From assembly GCA_001643675.2 (NCBI GenBank), contig LSRY02000007.1:372001-436000 (forward strand): a stretch of 64,000 nt of DNA. Reading direction: 5' to 3'. The stretch's first letter is position 1; each line of letters opens with the position of its first letter. Positions 11,776 to 22,500 of this stretch are shown one piece after another. The DNA comes from Monocercomonoides exilis PA203. Lineage: Eukaryota; Protista; Preaxostyla. The notes beneath the pieces were generated by a model. It was not told the DNA's origin. It saw only the letters and a list, made by a program, of their open reading frames with translations, and made no database searches. Made by a program: the position numbers and the translations under genes.

Positions 11776-12231
11776 TTTGTGTGATTATTTTCGAAATCAT
11801 ATTATTTCTATCAAAAATTTCTGTTTTTGAATTCTTTTGGAAAATTAAATTATAAACTCATAAAGTCACAACTCCTTTAAAAGATAAATATTTCATGAAT
11901 ATTATCTCAAACATTATCTCTTTAAATACAAACATAGTTAAAACTGGAAATAATCACATCGCATATAATCACATTCGTTTATAATCACATTTTTGAGTGT
12001 ACGAACATTTTTTTCCTATTTTTCATTCATTTTTCATCGCATATTATCACAGAGATGAAAATACATAATTTCATTTTATTTTAAGATGGGTGAAAATTCT
12101 TGTTTTCAATTTAAAAAAATATCTAACGAACAAAAATTTATTTTTTATCAAAATGGTTAATTTTCATGAAATATTTCAAACGTTTTTGAATTATCTTAAA
12201 CAAATTGAAATTCGAAATCTGATAAGCATTG

Positions 12232-14153
12232 ATGAAAGCAACAGATGTGAATAAAAGAACAAAACTTTCTTTTGTTCAAAAATTGATGTCATCAACAAGT
12301 TGAGTTCGAGCCCTCCTCAATCAAGAAATATCATTGCAAAAGATGTTAATATTGATTTCTCAACAATTACAAAAATATTAAAAAAAAAAAGAAGCAATAT
12401 TTAAACAAAGTTCATCTATTATTAAGCCTGATATCACATTTCGAATTCGACCAACGATATATCCAGAGTTTGACAAAGCGATGATTATTTGGTTTCGTCA
12501 AATAAGGTCAACAAATCCTGAAATGGCTATTGATGGAAGAATGCTTTTAGAGAAAACACAGTATTTATCCAATAAATTTCACTTCAAAAATCCTTCAGAA
12601 CGCATCTGGGACAGTTGAATGGAATCATGGAGAATGCGATTCAATATAACTTCAAAGAAAATTATTGGAGAATCTTTTTCGGCAGATAAGGACAGTGCAG
12701 CAAAATGGATCGATCTTTCTTTTCCAACAACAATAAATCAATTTGGGGAGAACAACATATTCAACGCAAATGAATTAGGTTTATTTTTCAATCGATCAGA
12801 GAAACAAACTTTTACCGAAGGCAGTTGTTCGGTTTCTGGAATCAAACAATCGAAAGACAGGGTTTCCGTTCTTCTTGCCGCAAGTATGACAGGAGAAAAG
12901 CTGTGCCATCTTGTGATCGGCAAATTAAAATCGCCAAGATGTTTGAAAGGAAAATTCTCACCAACCCTTTATAATCATTCAAAAAAGTCATGGATGAATG
13001 CTGTAATCTTTAATGATCACGTCAAAAGACTTAACGAAAAAATGTCCATTTGGGACAAAATATTTGACTTCAGGCATTTTCATTAAAAAATTTTGAATCA
13101 GAGATGATCTTTTTGTGATCAAAAAATTTGAAAAAAATGGGTTTATTTTTTGAAATACATGTGATGTCACACAACATGATGTTATTCTATCAACGATGTC
13201 TGTTAACGGATATGAAAATCAAATTTATTTTGAAATCTGGTAAAGTTTAATAATGTTAAAAGCGAAACAATTTTTTCATGCTTTGTGCATAAAAAGCTTG
13301 AAAGTCCGTATTTTCCCCCATTTCACATGGGAACATTGTGTATATTGTGGACAACTGTCCAGCTCATAGTGTAGATTGTGTCAATTTGTCTCATGTTTCA
13401 TTATTTTATTTCCCTCCTGATGTTACGTCCATTATCCAACCAATGGACGCAGGTATAATCAAAGTCTTTAAACACTTCCATAAAAGTCTTCTTCTGAGAA
13501 AAAAACTGGCAAAAGTTGAATGTGGGGTTGCAACGAAGATAACAATGCATGAAGTTTTAAACATTGTGGAAAAAGATTGGAAAAAAGTTAAAAAGGAAAC
13601 AATAGAAAATTGTTTCAAGAATGCGGAATGGGATCCGGCCAAAGTGAAAGAAAAAGAAATTGTGAATATCAAGGAAGATAAAATGGATGAGTATAATGTG
13701 CTGTTTAAAAAATTAAAAACCAGAGATAGCGATCATTTCGAATTAACTCCAGAGGAATTTTTCTCAGCTGAAGACACGAAATAACAAGAGAAATTCAATC
13801 TGAAGAAGAGATTGTTGATTCAAAAATGTCAAAGTCGAATGTTTTCGAAGATGAAATAACCTTGAAGGTGAAAGTTGATGAAGAAGGAAGAAAAAGAAGT
13901 CAAAACAATTGGAGAGGCAAACATAATGTGGAACATGTCAAAAGAGTACATCGAAGATAAATCACCACCCAAAGAAAGTCATAAAGTTATTAACGAAGCA
14001 GAAGATTTTCTCGAAAAATTCGCAATTAATAATCTGATTCAGCCTTCATTAGCAGACTTCAACATGCTCGGAACAACAGATGAGCGTGGCTCACATGAGA
14101 ACACAGTTGGCATTAAATGTGATGCAGGAAAAGAAAAGAAAGCCAAAGAATGA
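12232..14153 (+). pseudogene. pogo/Tigger (CENP-B HTH + DDE_1) transposase pseudogene
   Basis: KRTKLSFVQK/IDVINKL..STITKILK; YPEFDKAMIIWFRQIR..IDGRMLLEK; NIFNANELGLFF; KDRVSVLLAASMTGEKL; KSWMN; IVDNCPAH; FPPDVTSIIQPMDAGII; IENCFKNA. Disrupted by frameshifts (~12280, ~12385, ~13780), TGA at 12616 and a ~290-bp insertion. Confidence 0.88.
13045..13331. mobile_element. ~290-bp insertion with imperfect terminal inverted repeats inside the transposase DDE domain
   Basis: Separates LNEKM from NIVYIVDNC, normally a few residues apart. Left tgggacaaaatatttgacttcaggcattttcat resembles the reverse complement of the right end, tgggggaaaatacggactttcaagctttttat. Confidence 0.55.
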
Positions 14154-15779
14154 ATGAAAAATCGGTTTGTTATCTTTTTGTTTTAATGAACAAAAATTTT
14201 TCGTATGAATTTGTTTTTTTTTCTTTTGATTTCTTATGAAACATTTTAGAAAAGCTTTCCTATAACCTTTTGAAACAAAACAACTTCTAATCACATCATG
14301 AGCATTTGTTATTTCCAAAAGACATTAATAAACTTATATTTAATTTTGAATATTTATTATTTCCTTTTGTATTCAAAAGAGATACTGAAGATGACATAAA
14401 AGTTAAACTCAATCAGATTTTTCTCATTTTTTGTAGAAAAAACAGATTCAAATGACTTTATATTTTTGCTAAGCATCTCAGAAGGTTTAAGAAATCTTTG
14501 AAGAGAAAATAGATATTTAACTGATTGTTTGAATCAATATTATTAGCAATTTCGAAAGAGTCACCAAAATAGAATTTGATTGCTGCACGATCGTGTATTC
14601 AAATTCACAGTTGGTAATTCGAAGAAAAATCAAAAATGGAATAATATTCACGAACTTGTAATAATCAGCCTTCTTCTTTGTTTTCAAAGCAAACTCGAAT
14701 AAAAAATGTTAAGTCTTATTTTTATATTTGATTTCAAGCGAAATATCAAACAATCAATGACTAATAAATGCCTTTGCAGATTCGCTGAATGGTTAAGATT
14801 ATTTCTTGCCTTTTTAAAGGTTCTTTGAACACTTGACAATTGATGAAATATGAATAGGTCACATGAATGCATTGAAATGAAGGACATTTCGAAGATGCAA
14901 TTTGTGCATTTTTGTTTAACGCTGCGATTCTCTTATCGATTTTTTTTCTGATAAATTCAAAATGAATTTCAAATAAGAACAAAAAATTAAAAATAAACGT
15001 TTTGAAATTCAGAATTCCCTTTATTTGTCTTTATTATCATGCATTGATAAACAATAGCAATGGCAATTCAAAAGTTTAAGTTATTATGACAATGCGAATG
15101 ATAACACTTTCAAATTTTCAAATATAAATGAAATAACATTCTTTAAATGCACAGGACATCAATTTATTCCCGGAGATATTATTTCTTTGCGACCTCGATA
15201 TTTTTCATTCATTAAAAATTTTACAAGTTCGACACTCAACTTTATTTTTCTTATTTTTTCACTCCAAAATTTCGTGAAATATCAAAAAGCAGCAGTACAA
15301 AAGCATATTTCATGATAACAAGAAATATATTTTGGATTTTTTTAAAAAAACAGTTATGGTTAAAAATTTCTGATATAACGTTTCATCTTTTTGAACAATA
15401 GGATTAGAGACATTTCGAATAAAATGCTATTTGTCTATAAGAAACAATTTGGGAGATTATTTTTGAAATCATATTTTTTCGTTCAAAAATTTCGGTACAA
15501 AAATTTTTCTTGAATATCAGTTAAAGAACACTGAAAGAGACAAAGACAATTAAATGAATAATTGTTTTTAATTCAGATTATTCATTTATTGTATAACTGG
15601 TTGTGAAAATTTTTGCAAATGAATTCTTAAGCTCTTCCAAATGACAAACAAAGTTTGAATAATCTGTATACCGAAAAAAGTTAGGATTCCAAAAATTATC
15701 ACCCATTTCAATACCAAAATATGAGCAGACAAAGATTTAATTAAAAAGATTGAGACAGAACATAATAAATGAAAAGATA

Positions 15780-16018
15780 TGTCTAATTTTTTTGAAAGGT
15801 TCCTTTTGTTTAATTTTCAAAAAAAGAAAAAATTTCATATTTTGATCAAATTTCTGTTCCCACTTACGAAACTTCACAAAAATTGAAATAATGCCAATGT
15901 CAAGATTTTGTTTTCAGGACAGAGAAATTTGGTGAGTGGTAACAGAAATTTAATCGAAGAATGAAATTTTTTTAATTTGAAAATTAAACAAAAGGAACCT
16001 TTCAAAAAAATTTAGACA
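15780..16018. mobile_element. 239-bp fold-back MITE-like element with ~100-bp inverted arms, flanked by TA (ATAT context)
   Basis: TGTCTAAtttttttGAAAGGTTCCTTTTGTTTAATTTTCAAA...AAATTTCTGTT.CCACT is mirrored by AGTGG.AACAGAAATTT...TTTGAAAATTAAACAAAAGGAACCTTTCAAAAAAATTTAGACA. Confidence 0.82.
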
Positions 16019-16301
16019 TATAAGAAAAAGAATAATCAAAGATATTTTTCAAAGAAAAGAACAAAAAGGAAAATTTTCAGAAAAAAGTTTGAGTTGTTCA
16101 TTTAAGGAGGATAAGTTTTCCATCTTGAATTTTTCCGGTTTCTTGATCTTCATGTTTTGGAACAGAAATTTGCAAATGGGAGAGCGCTTGTGTGTTTGAG
16201 GGCTCATTCACTTTGTTCACTTCAACAATTTCGAATGGCGAAGGGATGTACTGCGTAACTGTCACAGCTGCGTTCGAAACGAGGAGAGTTCGGTTTATTT
16301 C

Positions 16302-16910
16302 GTGTTCAACAACGTCAACTGGAGGAGAATTTTTTTCAGACAGTATCAATTGATAGCTCCAAGCAAAACCATTTATTGTTGTTTTCTCTTTTTCCACAAT
16401 TGCAGTTGCATTGCCTCCGCACCATTTGGGCATAATGTGTATTTTGAGGATTATTACAGTTTCTTCTTATCAAATAACCCGTTCTATGAATCATTCACAA
16501 CCAAAAGCAATGAGAAGAGAGTTTGCCGTAATTATAATGGTCAATATACAGAAAAGAAGTGGTGGTTGAAGGAAGGAATGAAGGATGGGAATGTTGGGGT
16601 GAATGGAGATGACTCTAATGATATGTTTGCGATGAGTGAGTCTGCGCCGTGCAAGACAGTGGGGCATGCGGTGGGGGAGAGCCTTGCGCAGCTGAGCTCC
16701 ACAATCACAGCGCTGAGCGGGAGGCATGTGAGCGAAGGGGAGATGATCATTGTTGGGGAAAAGATTTCTGTTGTGGGGATAGTTGAGGCAGTGAGTGTGA
16801 TTGGGACGAATACTCTTTCTTCATCATCAACAAAACTGTTCAATGTTTCGAACCGGCAGTTTTGTGCAGTGAAAGTTGTGTTCAATAACGATACATCAAG
16901 AAGGCCATAG
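16302..16910 (+). pseudogene. Isolated internal fragment of the beta-helix surface-protein family
   Basis: YCCFLFFHNCS..GHNVYFED..NPFYESFT..RVC..KKWWLKEG..SESAPCKTVGHAV..GRHVSE..KISVVG parallels FCFYCFFFNNSA..DVYLND..SPFVECYS..RCV..KDGWLPNG..GCSSL..KRISIQG in the 57-64 kb gene; no signal peptide, no TM, ends abruptly. Confidence 0.7.
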
Positions 16911-18455
16911 CAAAGTGTATTTTTTTGTTTTTTGGAAAGCGAAAAACCTTCGCTAACTGACAAACAGATTCTATCTTCAGTCACAGCTTCAGACGATTTT
17001 CTTTCCAAATCATCATTAGCATGAGTTCGCTTCATAGCTTGCATTCAGTTAGCAATATGATGAAAATATTTTTTCATAATATTTAATAAATTATAATTTA
17101 TAAGTATTTTTCTGTTTCACTTCTTCATTCACTGATACACCTTTTTTTCCACTTTGTTTTAACGTGAATATTTATTTCATTGTTTATCAAACATTATGTA
17201 TCGTTTTCCAATTTGTCTGAATGATCTCATTCAATTTTCAATAAAAAAAACTGTTCTTTTTTTATCTCTCTTGAATATCCATTTTTCTTCAATAACACTT
17301 GTCTTGCAAATCGTTCATGATATTCTCATCCAAAATCTGATAATCTCGAGCTATTCTTTCTTTTCAACAACTTGAAATTCTTATTATAATTTATGAAATT
17401 TTGATTTTTTGATTTGTGGAAAATGAATGAGAAGAGGAAAGAAACGAATAAAAAATTCTTTTTAAATAATTATAACATTCGAGTATTGTAATTTTCCTAT
17501 TTTTTGATTAATTTAATGTTTCACAAATATTGGCTGCTTTTTTTTCGTTATTATAACTGCTAACATTAATAATTTAATATGAAAAACATGAAACAATAAT
17601 GATCAAATGACACATCACACAAAGAAATTGTTAATTAGAACATTCATTCTTGAGCAAGCAACCAAGATTTTTTTTTATCCCGATGAAACTTTGAAATGCG
17701 AAAATTTATTGAAAATTGATGAATAACTTTATCAAGCAAATAAGTTAACAAAAAAATAATAATAATAGTTATAATCTTCTGTTTTCAAGAAACGTTAAAC
17801 AATTGAAGTTGTTTGCAATAACACTGATAGAACTGTCTTTTTTTAAAAACATATCAAAGAGTTGAAAATCAAATTGTTCCTGAAAAGAATGATGTTCGTT
17901 CTTCATTAGCATGTGTAATTTGAATTTGTCATTAATATGCGTTTTATATGCAACTTTTCAAAAACTTCTTCATAATCATGATTTTTTGTTGATCTTTGAT
18001 CTCAAATAATAATATTATTTATTTTCGAATTGTTTAAAAAAAAAATGAAAAATGTTAATTCGTTAAAACAAAATTAATGCATAATAATACAATATTAAGC
18101 AATCCTTTGAAAAAATGAATAATTCTGCAATTAAAACTTTGATTGATTCATTTTCATATAGACGCGATTTTCATCTATCGTATATAATCACAATTGGATA
18201 TAGTCACAAAAAGTTGTGCAAAAATCGATGTGATGATATCCGGTTTAGACTGTGTAATATTTTTCATAAGAAAGAAAAATTTCTTCCCAAAGAAATAAAA
18301 CCAATGAAGCGTTAAAGCTTTGAAATAAGTTATGATTTCAAGAATAATCACCATTATCAAACAAAAAAATTTTTTTGAAAATAATAAATATTTTCTATTC
18401 ATCTAATTTTCACACATTTTTAAAAATCACGATTCATTTCCAACGAATTTGATCG

Positions 18456-18513
<58 letters not shown>
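18456..18513. repeat. Poly(A) tract, 58 nt
   Basis: Directly visible. Confidence 0.95.
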
Positions 18514-18520
<7 letters not shown>

Positions 18521-18844
18521 TATCATATTAATCATGAATACGTTTTTGTGAACAGTTTTGAATAGAAATCACAACACTTTCAAGTGTGACCATTCGAATA
18601 TTCTTTCGAACGTGGGAAAATTATCCACAAAATTGACCTTTAAAAAGTGTTGTTGAAGCTTTTGAATAATGAAAAAATGAGACCTTTCATGATAATTCAA
18701 AGACAAACAATAACAATACATTCATTTTTAACACTTTAAAATATTTTATTTTATTTCCATATTTAAAATGATGTGTTTCATTTAAAATTCAATTAAAATA
18801 ACATTTAAAAGAAACAAGAAAAAAATTCAATTGTTGCAAGACTT

Positions 18845-19408
18845 TTAGCCGAATTTTGATGAATGAGGGTGTATCTTATGAGTATCAATTTTGAACGATC
18901 TAGAAGTGGAATCAGGAATTGACGTCCCTCCCCAAAGCGAGCGAGGACGAATTGGTGACTCTGAAAAATCTTCTTGAGCTGCCGTTGAACAACGTCCAAA
19001 TGAAGCAGCAAAATAATGATTTTGCATTCGTGGTACAAATCCTTGATAGCCTATGTTTAGCAGGAAAAAATAAAAGCAATCAAAAAAATAAAAAATTAAA
19101 ACATATTTAAAACCTGGAATTTTACTCTCCATATGAATTTTTAAAGGTTCATCAACAGCGTGAGGAAGATCAGTAGTTCCAGTGACATATGATCTTGTCA
19201 TTGTTCGAGATTTTTCCATTTGTTCTTCATGCTTTTGGATGCATTGACGCGTCGCTTCTGCATATCTTATTCCAACGCAATCATCCTTTCCAGGAACATG
19301 ACCAACATATCCTGGTATTTTGTGTTTACCACTAAGTCCTAAAGCTTCTTCAATAGAAGTTGTATGAAGCCGATGTGTTGCTTCTTTTGGTTGGGTGGTT
19401 GTTTGCAT
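18845..19408 (-). CDS. FAM166/CIMIP2-like ciliary microtubule inner protein, ~166 aa; intron 19051-19113; alternative ATG at 19426
   Basis: Two repeats IPGYVGHVPG..GIRYAEAT and, after removing a 63-nt GT-AG intron, IPGYQGFVPR..AASFGRCS: the PGYxG(Y/F/H)xP..GxT(Y/F) repeat of FAM166-type axonemal proteins. Confidence 0.7.
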   Translation of the reverse strand: MQTTTQPKEATHRLHTTSIEEALGLSGKHKIPGYVGHVPGKDDCVGIRYAEATRQCIQKHEEQMEKSRTMTRSYVTGTTDLPHAVDEPLKIHMESKIPGFKYVLIFYFFDCFYFFLLNIGYQGFVPRMQNHYFAASFGRCSTAAQEDFSESPIRPRSLWGGTSIPDSTSRSFKIDTHKIHPHSSKFG

Positions 19409-19551
19409 TATTACATAAAGGGACATTTTCCATAACAATTATTATTCTGTCATAGCCCGTAATTAAAAATTTATTTGTCATAAAATAGAATTGGAGGCTT
19501 TGGCCAGGTATAACCAAAAATATAGCCACATTTTCAACAGATCAATAACAA

Positions 19552-22500
19552 ATGCTACATAATCCTACTCATTTACCGAACAATGAGACATCTTCAATTT
19601 CCTCATCAACTTTAAGTAAATCTATAAAAAGTGAGATATTTTAGTGAAATTGTTTAATATTTAATTTTTATTACCTCGTATTTGTTTTATTTGTAGAAGA
19701 TATTGAAAATTATTTTCGTGATTTGACTTCTGAACCGCTATTATCAAAGAAACGATGGGCAAGCTTGTTGCTTTCAAATCTCGGAAATGATTGGCAAACT
19801 GTTTTGAAAGATGTGAAAAGAGCTTCAGTAGAAAAGGAAGTCAAATGCAGTGTTGTTTTAAAAGAAGGGCAAAAAGCTTATAAGTGTCAGACTTGTGGAA
19901 TTGGTATGAAAGTTTTGTTTTAATTAATAATTTTTAATTAATATGCAAACATCCAGAGCCATCGGCCTGCATATGCGAAGCTTGCTTTGAACCAAGCAAG
20001 CATGTTGGACATAACTACACTTCAGTTTGACTTTATTTATGCAAATTATTTTATTTTATTTTATTAAATTTTTTGGTATTGATGGGCAACAGACAAGTGT
20101 AACTTATGGTGCATGCGATTGTGGAGGCGAAGAAGTTTGGAGAAAAAATGGATGGTGTTCTAGACATCTGCATAACAGCATGCACATTGTGGATCCGTTG
20201 TCTCACCTTGAACACCCTAAACTTAATATTGTAAATTGCTTTCGCTTATTTGACGAAATATTCGATAAAATAAGCCAATTAATATGGTTACAGCGGTTTC
20301 AAACGATGAGGCTTTTACAATCTCGAGTTCTTGCAATGACGCTTCAGAGATCGCTGAAAAAACGAATGGAATTAGATGCAATTGAACAAAAATCTACCAG
20401 CAGCTCCGAACTAGATTTGCAGAGAAAAGAGAGAGATCGCAAAATTCGAGCAAACATGAAGTCTATTGCTGATCACTTGCTTAGGCATGCACTGCTCGAC
20501 CTGAGCTGTGCAAATGCGAAGAAAAAGAGTGAATTTCGACTTGTGACAAAGCAGAGGAGATTTTTGTTTGAGAAGGACTACAAACAAAGATCTTCTTGGA
20601 ATGCCAATTACATTGACGTTGATGATGAACAGGGGAGTAAAAATGCAAGCTGCGTTGGTGACGAGAAGGGCAATCAAAACCGGAAAAAAGCTGAAGATAA
20701 CAGCAACACAAACATCAGTTCGACACAAATTGCGTCAGCAGAACAATCATCTCAGTCTCATGACACATCTGAGGCAAGCCTTCCATCTGATTCCAGTCAC
20801 ACAACAACTGAAAATGAGCAATCAGCTTCTTCTTCATCAGCTTCTTCTTCATCAGCTTCTTCCTCTGAGAGCGCAAATCCAACGTTTCCGATCTATTTTC
20901 GTTCTGATTCTCTTTTGTTTTATTACCGTGTTGAATGCGAATGGAGGACTACAATTGCACAGAAGCGAGAAGAGCGAAGAGCAGCACAAAATCACGAAGA
21001 GTGCTTTTCCACTCAGAATGACATATTCAAAAGCAAAGCTGACGATACACTGCTTCGAAAAAACGAAGCAATTGTCAATTATCCTTCGAGCGTGTCTTCT
21101 TTCTTTCCTAAGCTGCCACCTCTTCTCCACGCCCAGGAACCCTCCCTGTCTCCATCAGGCGATTCGAATGGTTCATCATCATCTTCATCTGCATCACCGT
21201 GTGCAACAAAAAGCAAAAGTGTCCCATTTCCTTCTCAACCAGCTCCTCTTGATGAGAAAGTGTTGGAGCGCTCCATTAAACACTTCAACGGCCTTTGCAT
21301 CCTCGACTGGCTGACCAGCGGAATGAAAGAGCTGTCATTCAACCGCTGCCCCGACTGCTTCTCCTTTTCTTCCTCAAACAGGCAGCTTCCGTCGCAGACA
21401 AAGCCAAAAGACGAAGAGGATTCAAGCCAATCGTGCGTTTACACTCCCTCTCCAGCACTGTTTGCGCATCTTTTCATTGAGCAATTGGATGCCAGTCAGC
21501 TTTTTGTTATGATCGAAGAGGCAGCAAAGAACGCAGAAGAGCTGTTTGCCACTCTGCTTGAGCGGAAGGAGAAAGTGTTCGCAGTCATATTTGAGCAGCT
21601 TGCGCAGCTGCTGAAGGCTGGGGGTGACGGCATCAGAAGAGTTATTTCTCTGACCATCACAAAGCGCCATTGGCCTGATTTGCTGTTGTTGGAAGGAAGA
21701 GATCAGGAAGAGGATGCGAATTGCACAGAAAAAATGGATTCAAAAATGGAAAGTGAAGTCGATGCTCAAGTGTCTGAAAACCAGGCGCAATCTGATTCTG
21801 AGTGTGCTGATAGCAAAGAAGGAAAAGGCGATGACTCTCAAGAGAGTGAGAAAAGCACTGAATGCATTGACTATGCACTTGACGAGGCTTATCAGCAAAC
21901 GCTGGACAGCGTTGTTGTCTCTCGCATTCACAAATTGAATGCACCAGCTGCCATTCAAGAAGATGCTGATCCTTCTTCGTTCGATTCTTGGATCAGATAC
22001 AACGATGGACTGCTAAGCAACAATATTTTTACATCATTGCAAGCAAACCCTTCACACAAAAGTGAATTTCAATCAGACGAACTGCCTCAGTCATCTACCA
22101 ATCCGTTGCCCCCTTCCTCGCTTTATGCAACAGAGACATATGCAAACATCCCCAAAGACTACACACAGACACACCTGTTCCACATCCTCAACCACATCCG
22201 CCTCCTTCCAGTGGTGCCCGTGATGTCGCTGATGATAAAGCTCACGTTCGATGACATATTCAACCACGCTACTGGTCCTCAATGGTTCTCAAACCAGATC
22301 CAGCTGTTTTGCTTGCCAAGACCCAACCTGAACACATTTTTTAATGTTCGGTCTTCCAAAGCTGAGGACGAAAGATTCTTGTCAATTACAGGCTACAAGT
22401 TTGCGATTCATCCTGCTATACTGAAGCTGAATCTACAGAAGCTTCCAAAGATTATCGAGCTGCCAGATTTGGAGGAGTGCAACAACGTGTTGATCCAGCT

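Larger units (their letters stand above)
11935..14153 (+). mobile_element. Degenerate pogo/Tigger-type DNA transposon (left end plus transposase remnant; no right TIR found)
   Basis: Left-end region has 3 x ATAATCACAT (11950, 11965, 11981), followed by a CENP-B-type HTH plus DDE_1 transposase pseudogene. Confidence 0.7.

Noticed and set aside
11950-11990. Short regularly spaced direct repeats, superficially CRISPR- or iteron-like
   Set aside because: 10-bp units with 5-6-bp spacers in a eukaryotic context beside a transposase; better explained as transposon end motifs.
13043-13304. Reading the transposase insertion as a GT-AG intron
   Set aside because: The donor GTCCA does not fit the local GTNTG pattern, the ends are inverted repeats, and the ORF is broken elsewhere anyway.
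14380-14982. Coding-like minus-strand sequence downstream of the transposase
   Set aside because: Multiple stops and no recognisable motif; may be a decayed gene but cannot be supported.
16541-17044. 167-aa minus-strand ORF (and 16098-16433)
   Set aside because: Mostly antisense to the surface-gene fragment; no independent evidence.
18456-18513. Poly(A) tail of a retroposed element
   Set aside because: No target-site duplication or upstream retro-element or processed-gene body could be identified.
18571-18653. tRNA gene (GTTCGAA on the minus strand)
   Set aside because: No cloverleaf, D-arm or anticodon arm in the right geometry.
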